Part shown: piece after piece, positions 56,676 to 64,000 of the stretch
Position numbering within the stretch: the stretch's first letter is position 1
How the letters are laid out: each line of letters opens with the position of its first letter
Assembly: GCA_051251915.1 (NCBI GenBank)
Contig: JBPOGF010000004.1
Span: 96,001 to 160,000 of the forward strand
DNA from: Akkermansiaceae bacterium
Lineage (GTDB): Bacteria; Verrucomicrobiota; Verrucomicrobiia; Verrucomicrobiales; Akkermansiaceae
Length of the DNA stretch: 64,000 nucleotides
Direction of reading: 5' to 3'
Notes under the pieces: generated by a model
The model's input: the letters and a program-made list of their open reading frames with translations, nothing else
The model's database searches: none
What the model was told of the DNA's origin: nothing
Translations under genes and position numbers: made by a program

Positions 56676-58196
56676 TTACTTCTCCGCTTTTTCCTTGGGC
56701 TGCTTTTTCTTGTCTTTCTTTTTATTGGCGTTGATGAGGCGGTCTGGGTTCATTTGCCAGCGTTGTTTGCTGGTGGGTTCTCCGCCGAATTGTTTCCAGT
56801 AGAGAGCTTTCATGGGGTTGATTTTGGGGCCGGTGGCGGTTTCGTTGTCCATGAGTGGTTTGGTTTCTTCCCACCATTGGTCGTAGGTGGCGCGGAGTTT
56901 GGCGACTATTTCTGGGTGGTCTTTGATGATATTTTTACGTTCTCCTACGTCGGTTGTTAGGTCGTAGAGTTCTTTGTTATTAACGAGGGTGTAGCGGTGG
57001 TCCTGGATGGCACATGCGGTGTGTTTCCATTCTTCTGCTTTGCCTTTGTCCCAGCGGCCTACGTGGTGGATGAGGGTGCGGTATTCCCAGTCTAGGTTGG
57101 GTTCATCGAATAGGGGGAGGAGGCTGCGGCCGTCGCCAGCGATTTGTTGTTGAACTTTGTCGGTTAGTTGAGCGCCTGCTATTTTAGCTAGTGTTGGGAA
57201 GATGTCGGTGCCGGAGGTTAGAGCGTCTGTTGACTGGTCTGCGGGGATGTTGCCAGCTGGCCAGCGGAAGAAGCAGGGGACGCGGGTTCCGCCTTGGTAG
57301 GGTCTGCCTTTGCTTCCGCGTCGGTCTGCGTTGTGGATGTGAATGCCTTTGGTTCCGCCGTTGTCTGATGCGAGGAAGATGACGAGGGTGTTGTCGGCAA
57401 TTTTCCATTCGTCTAGTTTGTTGAGGAGTAGGCCGAAGTTGGTGTCGATGTTTTCGATCATGCCGAAGAATTTGGCGATGGTGTCGTTTACTCCTGGTTT
57501 GCCGATGTAGTGCTGGTAGTATTTTTCTGGGAGGACGTAGGGGCTGTGGGCTGCGTTTAGGGAGACGTAGGCGAAGAAGGGTTGATCTTGTTTGCGCTTG
57601 GCGTCCATCCAGGTGATGGATTGTTGGAAGAAGAGGTCTGTGCAGTAGCCGGTGGTTTTTACCCATTTGCCGTTGTGCCAGAGTGCTGGGTTGATGTTGG
57701 TGTTGCCTGGGGCATCTCCGCAGGAGCCGGGGTAGGTCTGGCCGATGCCGCCACCGCCGTGGATGTAGACTTCGTCAAAGCCGCGGCTTTCTGGGCGGTA
57801 TTCTTGTTCGTCTCCGAGGTGCCATTTACCGAAGATGCCGGTGGTGTAGCCTGCGGTCTTTAGCATTTGGGGGAGGGTGAATGTGGTGAGGCTCATGCGC
57901 TCACGTTCGTAGATGGTGTGGGTGACGCCGTTTTTGAACTCGTGGCGGCCGCTCATGAGGGCGGCGCGGGATGGGGCGCAGGTGGGGCTGACGTGAAATT
58001 CTGTGAAGAGGAGGCTTTGTTTTTTGAAGGCATCAACGTTGGGTGTCTTCATGATGGGGTTTCCTAGGCAGGCGTAGTCTCCGTAGCCGACGTCGTCTGG
58101 CATGACGAGGATGATGTTAGGTTTCTTTTGGGGGGCGGAATAAGCTGTTAGAGGAGCTAGTATGAAGCTAGTGATAAGGATGAGTTTTTGTTTCAT
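56676..58196 (-). CDS. Arylsulfatase (formylglycine type)
   Basis: KPNIILVMPDDVGY, CAPSRAALMSGR, GKWHLG, SDNG, GGTRVP. Confidence 0.95.
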   Translation of the reverse strand: MKQKLILITSFILAPLTAYSAPQKKPNIILVMPDDVGYGDYACLGNPIMKTPNVDAFKKQSLLFTEFHVSPTCAPSRAALMSGRHEFKNGVTHTIYERERMSLTTFTLPQMLKTAGYTTGIFGKWHLGDEQEYRPESRGFDEVYIHGGGGIGQTYPGSCGDAPGNTNINPALWHNGKWVKTTGYCTDLFFQQSITWMDAKRKQDQPFFAYVSLNAAHSPYVLPEKYYQHYIGKPGVNDTIAKFFGMIENIDTNFGLLLNKLDEWKIADNTLVIFLASDNGGTKGIHIHNADRRGSKGRPYQGGTRVPCFFRWPAGNIPADQSTDALTSGTDIFPTLAKIAGAQLTDKVQQQIAGDGRSLLPLFDEPNLDWEYRTLIHHVGRWDKGKAEEWKHTACAIQDHRYTLVNNKELYDLTTDVGERKNIIKDHPEIVAKLRATYDQWWEETKPLMDNETATGPKINPMKALYWKQFGGEPTSKQRWQMNPDRLINANKKKDKKKQPKEKAEK

Positions 58197-58249
58197 AGTG
58201 AGTGATTTAAGCTCATTTTCCAAGATGTGTATAGCTCATTTCTAGGCAT

Positions 58250-58285
58250 AAAAATGCCCTCTAGGATGGTGTTCTTAGAGGGCAT
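58250..58285 (-). terminator. Terminator after the USP gene
   Basis: ATGCCCTCTA / TAGAGGGCAT stem with a T run on the minus strand. Confidence 0.75.
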
Positions 58286-58308
58286 GATGAGTTTGTGTGG
58301 TTAGCTGT

Positions 58309-59196
58309 TTAGTCTTTGAGGAAGCCTAGGAAGTTGCGTTTTGGCTGTGGGGTGCGGGCTGCGAGTACTGGTTTCTCTGAATGAGTGAGTAGGTTCTCAG
58401 TAACGCTTCCTAATAGCCAGGATTTGAGTGCGTTCTTGCCTTTGCAGCTGATGATGATGAGGTCTGATTGGAGCAGGATGGCTGCTGCTTCTATGGCGGT
58501 GTAAACATATCGGTTGTAGTAATTATGCGTATGCACTTCTAGACCGTTTAGCTTTGATCCTTCGAGGTATTCAAGATGCTTTTTCTCCGCGAAGTCTGAT
58601 GCCATTTCTCTTTGGGTGGACTCTGGTAAGGTGACTTTACGTGATCCGCGGCCGAGGCTATAGACGTGGACGCTGTCGATTTCTGTAAGTTCGTTAGTAT
58701 TTGCTACCTGGACACCTAGTTCTAAGGCTTCGCGGGCGTGGTCTGAGAAATCTGTTGTTACCATTAGTTTCTTTAAAATGGGGCTACAGCCTTCAGGTAT
58801 GGACATCACAGAGCATGCTGAGTGACGAGCTACGCGGACGGGCATAGACGTTTCAAAAGAGCTTTTGCCAATAACGATGAGGTCACTTTGCTGCTCATCT
58901 GCGGCTTCCATGAGAGCGATGAAGCTGCTTTTGGCTCCGGCGACTTTGTAGCGGTAGATGTCTGATGTTGGGGTGACTGCGTGGTCTGCAATGAGGCCGT
59001 GCATTTCTTCTAGCAATTCTTGGTCAGTAGATAAACCGCTTTGTAGAGGCTCTGGGACTGCATCATCTTCGTAAGGGTGTACAAAGAGGACTTCTGTTGC
59101 GTCGGTAGACTTTGCGATGGAAGATGCCCAGGCGATGGTGTCCTTGTCTGTGTTGTCGAGTGCTAGGGGGACTATGATTTTTTTGTAATCTTGCAT
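58309..59196 (-). CDS. Tandem-domain universal stress protein
   Basis: YKKIIVPL, DLIVIG, TTDFSDHA, DLIII..G...LLGSVTENLL. Confidence 0.9.
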   Translation of the reverse strand: MQDYKKIIVPLALDNTDKDTIAWASSIAKSTDATEVLFVHPYEDDAVPEPLQSGLSTDQELLEEMHGLIADHAVTPTSDIYRYKVAGAKSSFIALMEAADEQQSDLIVIGKSSFETSMPVRVARHSACSVMSIPEGCSPILKKLMVTTDFSDHAREALELGVQVANTNELTEIDSVHVYSLGRGSRKVTLPESTQREMASDFAEKKHLEYLEGSKLNGLEVHTHNYYNRYVYTAIEAAAILLQSDLIIISCKGKNALKSWLLGSVTENLLTHSEKPVLAARTPQPKRNFLGFLKD

Positions 59197-59323
59197 CGTT
59201 TTAATATAGTAGACTTGTTATCTATTATTCTGCGCATATTTTTCATTGTCATGTGAAATATATGCGCAATTGGAATCATGTATTGCGATGATTTGATGCA
59301 TGTGGAGGGGAGGCTGCGTATGT

Positions 59324-61234
59324 TTATTTTAGGAACTGGACGGTGCCGATGAGGTTATCTTTTAGGGTGTAGCGGACGATGACTGAGCCGGTGATTTCTT
59401 TGCCGTTGTTGATGCGTTTCCAGTGTTCGAGGTCGACGCAGTGGTCGCCGTGGTGAATTCTGGTTTCTACGGTGGCGCTGAAGTTTCCGCGTGCGAACAT
59501 GGCTTGGTAGTTTTTGCGGAATGCTTGGTGTCCTTGGGTGGTGATTTTTCCTTCTGAGTTTAGGACGATGACTTCTGGGTGGTAGCAGTTTACGAATGCA
59601 TCGATGTCGTGGTTATTGTAGGCTGTGAGTTGTTTTGCGGCTAGGGTTGCGATTTCGCTGTTCATTTTATCTTTTTTTTTGAGTTGTGTGGTTTTGAGAT
59701 CCTTTTGGCGGAGGACTTCTTTGACGGCGGCGTAGCAGTTGATGAGTCCGTGGCCTGTTTCGTAGTCGAGGCCTGGGGCGGCTACGTCTGTGGCGGTGGA
59801 GGTGATGATTTTCTTGAGGTCCCAGGGGAGGAGGTCTGGGTCTGCGGAGAGCATGAGTGAGATGGTGCCGCAGAACATGGGGCCGGCGAAGGAGTTGCCG
59901 TTGAGGGCTCCTGGGATGACGGTTCCATCAGGCATGAGGAGGGGGACTTGGTGATTGAATGCGCAGACTTCTGGTTTCTGGACGATGCCGTCTTTGTAGT
60001 GTTCTGTGTTCCATTCTACTGGGCCTTTGCTGGAGAAGATGGTTTTGGTGAGGTCTTGGTGCACACCGGCGGCAGCGAAGACTGCTTCAGGGATGTCTTC
60101 TGGGGTGCGCATTTGGACTGGGATTTTGGTGGTTTGGGCGAAGTTGCCTGCGCCTGAGACGAAGAAGAGGCCGCAGAAGGAGCCGTGTTCCATGACTTTT
60201 CTCCAGTGGGAGCGTTTTTCACCTAGGTGTGGGGCGGAGAAGCTCATGCTGTAGGTGTCTGCGCCTTGCTCGATGGCCCATTCGACGGCGGACTCGATGT
60301 TGGCGGAGGTGATGACGCCGGCCCATCTGCTCATGGGGGCGATGCCGAACTGGGGTGCGCCGTTGTCTGCGGTGGCTCCGGAGATGATGTGTGCGCAGCT
60401 GGTGCCGTGGAGGCTTTTGCGGTCGGATCTGGGTTCTCCTGTGAGTGATTTTGTGGTGAGGCTTGCGGTGTTGGTGTTGAAGTTGAAGCCGTGGGAGTCG
60501 TCTATGAGGCCGTTGGCGTCGTCATCTTTGCCGTTGTTGGGGATTTCTTTTGGGTTGTTGTAGATGTTTCTGGCGAGGCTTGGGGTGAGGATGAAGTTGC
60601 TGTCGTGGACGATATTGAGGGTGCCTTGTCCGGTGATGCCTAGTTCTGTCCAGACTTTGTCTGCGTGGAGTTTGGCGATGTACCAAGGGAGGTCGGTGGT
60701 GGAGGGTTTGGTGGGGCGATCAAACTTGGTGATGGATTCTGGTTTTTGGGATGCATTGGTGAGGCGTGGGCGTCTGCTTTGTGAGAAGATTTTGCTGACG
60801 CCTTTGATTTTGGCTAGTGATTCGAGTCCTTTTGGGGTGACTTGGCAGGTGAAGCCGTTGACGATCCAGTGTCGTTTGATGGCTTTGATGTCTCCGCTTT
60901 TTAGGAGTTTTTCTAGGTCATTTTCTGCTGAGCTGTAGGATTGGTCACTGAATTTCTTGAGTGATGCGATGACGCGGGTGCGAAGTTCTCTGCGACCTGC
61001 TTCTGAGAACTCTTTGGCTCGGCGGTTGTAGGCTGTTCCGTCTCCGAGGAGTTGTTTATCAAACCAGACAGTGACTAGGGTGGAGGAGTCTGGTCTGAGG
61101 TTGATGTTGGGTGAGATCCAGACTTCTTTGGTGGTGATGGTTTCTGGGGTGATGGTCTCTTTTGCAGATGTTAGGGAGGTGAGTATGGTGGATGTGCAGA
61201 GTAGAGTGGTGAGTTTAGAGGTAAGTTTTTTCAT
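59324..61234 (-). CDS. S8 (subtilisin-like) serine peptidase, in frame with a C-terminal SnoaL/NTF2-like domain (own ATG at 59665)
   Basis: Triad HDSNF / HGTSCA / GNSFAGP, NGKDDDANGLIDD insert, GHGLIN; then QLTAYNNHDIDAFVNCY (SnoaL-like). Confidence 0.85.
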   Translation of the reverse strand: MKKLTSKLTTLLCTSTILTSLTSAKETITPETITTKEVWISPNINLRPDSSTLVTVWFDKQLLGDGTAYNRRAKEFSEAGRRELRTRVIASLKKFSDQSYSSAENDLEKLLKSGDIKAIKRHWIVNGFTCQVTPKGLESLAKIKGVSKIFSQSRRPRLTNASQKPESITKFDRPTKPSTTDLPWYIAKLHADKVWTELGITGQGTLNIVHDSNFILTPSLARNIYNNPKEIPNNGKDDDANGLIDDSHGFNFNTNTASLTTKSLTGEPRSDRKSLHGTSCAHIISGATADNGAPQFGIAPMSRWAGVITSANIESAVEWAIEQGADTYSMSFSAPHLGEKRSHWRKVMEHGSFCGLFFVSGAGNFAQTTKIPVQMRTPEDIPEAVFAAAGVHQDLTKTIFSSKGPVEWNTEHYKDGIVQKPEVCAFNHQVPLLMPDGTVIPGALNGNSFAGPMFCGTISLMLSADPDLLPWDLKKIITSTATDVAAPGLDYETGHGLINCYAAVKEVLRQKDLKTTQLKKKDKMNSEIATLAAKQLTAYNNHDIDAFVNCYHPEVIVLNSEGKITTQGHQAFRKNYQAMFARGNFSATVETRIHHGDHCVDLEHWKRINNGKEITGSVIVRYTLKDNLIGTVQFLK

Positions 61235-62331
61235 GGTGTTGGGGTGAGTGTTGGAAATCTTGTGGTTTGGACGGTTTGTTGTTGGTGTGGGATGAATAGG
61301 GCTTGGAGGTCGGGTAGTGAGTTTGCTAGGGGTAAGGATTTTTCTGTGGGGAGGATGCGAAGGGCTGTGGCCCAGGCGTCTGCTTGCATGGCGGTGGGGG
61401 CGATGGTGGTGACGTTGAGGCGGTTGGTTTTGCTGGATTTGGTGGCGGGGTCGATGAGGTGGGCGTGGCGGGTGCCGTCGCGCTCGAAGAATTGGTAGCT
61501 GTCTCCTGATGTGGAGAGGGCTGTGTGGGATAGGGATAGGGAGCCGATGAGTTTGTGCTCTGGGTTCTCGATGCCGATGCGCCAGCCATTTCTTCCTGGA
61601 GGCGCGGCTGCGAGGACAGTTTCTCCGCCGATGATGACGGCGCAGTGGATGATGCCTGCTTCTTTGAGGATGAGCATGAGTTGGTCTGCGATGTAGCCTT
61701 TGGCGATGCCACCGAGGTCAAGCTGGAGGGGTTTGAGGAGGGTGATGGTTTGTTTTTGTGGATTGAGTTTTAGATCTTGGTAGCTGGTTTGGTCTTGGGT
61801 AGCTGGTTGGGTGGACCTATCTCGCCAGCGTTGGGTTTGTTTGCCTAGGGTGATGTCGAATGCGCCGTTGGTTTTCTGTGAGATGGCCTGGGCGTGGGCG
61901 ATGACGGTGAAGAGGTGTGGGCAGACTTTGTGGGGGGTGTTGATTGGTTTATTGCAGAGTAGGTTGAGTTCGCTGTCAGGTAGGTAGTCAGAGAAAATGG
62001 TGTTGAATTCGGTTATGCGTTGGAAGCACTGGATGGATAGTTTTTGTGCTAGTTCATCTTGGTCTGTGTAGAGGACTAGGTGGGCGATGGTTCCGAGGTG
62101 AGGTTGTGAGAAGTTGTGTTTTTTTAGCTTAGTATTGTTAGTATTGTTAGTATTGTTAGTATTGTTAGTGTTGTTTGTAGTAGCTGCAGCAGGAGGTAAG
62201 TTTTCAGAACTTGTAGCGGGCTCGGATTTGCACTGACTTAGGGCTGTTGTTAGGAGGGTGATAATAGAAAAAGCCGCTAGCGATTTGGCTGCGGCTTTTA
62301 AGGTTGTTAGAGTGTGAATTTTAAAGGTCAT
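61231..62331 (-). CDS. apbE: FAD:protein FMN transferase, lipoprotein
   Basis: Lipobox LSQC, HLGT, GAFDIT, LDLGGIAKGY, STSGD, HLIDP, ADAWATA. Confidence 0.93.
   Translation of the reverse strand: MTFKIHTLTTLKAAAKSLAAFSIITLLTTALSQCKSEPATSSENLPPAAATTNNTNNTNNTNNTNNTKLKKHNFSQPHLGTIAHLVLYTDQDELAQKLSIQCFQRITEFNTIFSDYLPDSELNLLCNKPINTPHKVCPHLFTVIAHAQAISQKTNGAFDITLGKQTQRWRDRSTQPATQDQTSYQDLKLNPQKQTITLLKPLQLDLGGIAKGYIADQLMLILKEAGIIHCAVIIGGETVLAAAPPGRNGWRIGIENPEHKLIGSLSLSHTALSTSGDSYQFFERDGTRHAHLIDPATKSSKTNRLNVTTIAPTAMQADAWATALRILPTEKSLPLANSLPDLQALFIPHQQQTVQTTRFPTLTPTP
62129..62173. repeat. In-frame 9-nt tandem repeat (NNT x5) in the ApbE linker
   Basis: TTAGTATTG x4 plus TTAGTGTTG. Confidence 0.9.
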
Positions 62332-63481
62332 CTTTGGCTACTCCTGAGTTCCAGTAGTGATACATTTCTTCGACGGTGGGAATTTTAGCTGGTCTGACGA
62401 TGCGTAGGCCAAGCCATGGGGTGTCTGTTAGATACCATAGGCTTCTAGGTTCTTGAGGGTCGCCTTTTTTCCATTCTTTTACTGATGGAGTCCTGGCAGA
62501 TGCGGTGATGTCTGCGAGTTGTTGTTTCCAGTGTCCGCCTTTGATGACGTGAGGGTATGGTTTGGTGGCTTTGATCCATGGGTTGTGAACTTTTGTTTTG
62601 CCAAAATAGGTTGCTCGGTTTGCAACGTATTGGTCTAGTGTCCATTCTTGGAGGTTGCCTTGCATGTCTTGTAGTCCCCATGCATTGGCTTTTTTGAGGC
62701 CTGGTAATTTATATATAGAACCAGGGGCTCCTTCGATCCATGCGAATTTGTGTGCGTCTTGGGGGGTGTCTCCCCAGGTGTATTTAGTTTTGCTATCTGC
62801 GCGGCATGCGTATTCCCATTCTGCTTCTGTTGGAAGGCGGTAGAAGTGTCCTGTTTGGTAACTTAGCCATTGGCAGTATTTATTAGCCGAGTGCTGGGTC
62901 ATGCTGATGGCTGGATGGTCATCTAGAGGCATTCCGTGATTTACGGGGTGATAGATGGGTGTGGGGCGTGCGATGAAGTCGATGTCATCTTCGATGTGTT
63001 CTCGCATAAATTTTTTCACCTGACCATTTTTTTCACGTGTGAATTTGGGACGCATGAATGGTTCAAATTCATTCCATGAGACCTCTGTTTTACCCATCCA
63101 GAAGGGGGATAGGGATACTTCTAGTGAGTCTCCATCTTGTTCGCCTTTCCAGGTGAATGTGCCGGCTTTTATTGGGAGCATTTCAAACTGAGCTCCTGAG
63201 TTTGTTGTTTCTTTGTATGGGAGGAAGGTTTTGGTGTTGCTGTTGCTGTCGCCAAGTTTACTTTCGCTTTGAAAGTTGTCGATGATGCGCTTGTGAATGA
63301 TCTTAATCAGGCGAAGCTCCTCTTCATCAAGATTTTGATTATTTAGAGCAGGCTTGATGTCTGCGGGGGGGGGAGATGGCGCATTCTCCTGAGCAATACC
63401 CACGTTTTGTAGTGAAATTGCTAGAGTCAGGGTTAGTGCAAAGCATGAGCTGATCCGAGATAGTATCTTGGTTGTGAGCAT
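62321..63481 (-). CDS. FGE-sulfatase (SUMF1/EgtB/PvdO) domain protein
   Basis: FWMGKTEVSW, YRLPTEAEWEYACRA, NAWGLQDMQGN, GLRIVR. Confidence 0.92.
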   Translation of the reverse strand: MLTTKILSRISSCFALTLTLAISLQNVGIAQENAPSPPPADIKPALNNQNLDEEELRLIKIIHKRIIDNFQSESKLGDSNSNTKTFLPYKETTNSGAQFEMLPIKAGTFTWKGEQDGDSLEVSLSPFWMGKTEVSWNEFEPFMRPKFTREKNGQVKKFMREHIEDDIDFIARPTPIYHPVNHGMPLDDHPAISMTQHSANKYCQWLSYQTGHFYRLPTEAEWEYACRADSKTKYTWGDTPQDAHKFAWIEGAPGSIYKLPGLKKANAWGLQDMQGNLQEWTLDQYVANRATYFGKTKVHNPWIKATKPYPHVIKGGHWKQQLADITASARTPSVKEWKKGDPQEPRSLWYLTDTPWLGLRIVRPAKIPTVEEMYHYWNSGVAKDDL

Positions 63482-63505
63482 GGCTGTGTTTAGAAGAGGT
63501 GGATC

Positions 63506-64000
63506 TTAAAAGTCATCTTCGGCTACTCCTGAGTTCCAGTAGTGATACATTTCTTCAGCGGATGGGATCTTAGCGGGTCTGACGATACGTAGGCCGAGCC
63601 ATGGGGTGTCTGTGTGGTACCATTGGCTTTTTGGGTTTTGTGGATCGGTTTGTTTCCATTTATCTGTAGATGGTGTTCTGGATGCTGCGGTGATGTCTGC
63701 GAGTGGTTGTTTCCAGTGTCCGCCTTTGGTGACGTGGGGGTAAGGTTTGGTGGCTTTTACCCATGGATTGGTGACGTTGTCTTTTGCGAAGTAGGCTTTT
63801 CTGTTAGGCACGTATTGGTCTAGTGTCCATTCTAGGACGTTGCCTTGCATGTCTTGGAATCCCCAAGCGTTTGGCTTTTTGAGGCCGGGCTTGTTGTAGT
63901 GAGATGCGGGATCTCCACCGAGCCAGACGTATTGATCTGCGTCTTCAGAGTTGTCTCCCCAGGTGTATTTGGTTTTGCTGTTTGCGCGGCATGCGTATTC
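63506..64000 (-). CDS. FGE-sulfatase domain protein, paralog of the adjacent gene (5' end outside window)
   Basis: EYACRA, NAWGFQDMQGNVLEW, KGGHW, GLRIVRPAKIP; C-terminus nearly identical to 62321..63481. Confidence 0.9.
   Translation of the reverse strand, partial: EYACRANSKTKYTWGDNSEDADQYVWLGGDPASHYNKPGLKKPNAWGFQDMQGNVLEWTLDQYVPNRKAYFAKDNVTNPWVKATKPYPHVTKGGHWKQPLADITAASRTPSTDKWKQTDPQNPKSQWYHTDTPWLGLRIVRPAKIPSAEEMYHYWNSGVAEDDF

Noticed and set aside
62129..62173. Tandem repeat as CRISPR or phase switch
   Set aside because: 9-nt in-frame unit without spacers; only changes linker length

Overview
64-kb bacterial chromosomal segment, most likely from Verrucomicrobiota (PVC): it has a PEP-CTERM protein, a DUF1592/DUF1552 pair, sulfatases and an FGE-domain/ApbE cluster. 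All family calls come from motif recognition by eye; no searches were run. Housekeeping and stress genes include pgm, a MoxR-Bat operon, lnt plus a lit-like gene, oxyR-catalase, fabG, nth, tkt, Hsp33, two sigma54-driven Hsp20 genes and rtcB. A defence island (~30.55-39.6 kb) carries type I R-M genes with a small kinase-like gene between hsdR and hsdM, an RloA/RloB (AbiL-like) pair and a VapC relic. The top finding is that the two ORFs at 48150-51938 are one frame broken only by an in-frame UGA followed by a textbook bacterial SECIS-like hairpin. This predicts a 1262-aa secreted FG-GAP/ASPIC-UnbV/redoxin/TPR selenoprotein. Also notable are a ~110-nt multibranched structured RNA candidate upstream of rtcB, a Lit-like enzyme next to Lnt, a subtilase-SnoaL fusion hinging on an A9 tract, and an extreme G/T strand skew whose local loss marks likely recent acquisitions. 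No rRNA, tRNA, CRISPR array or transposase was recognised.
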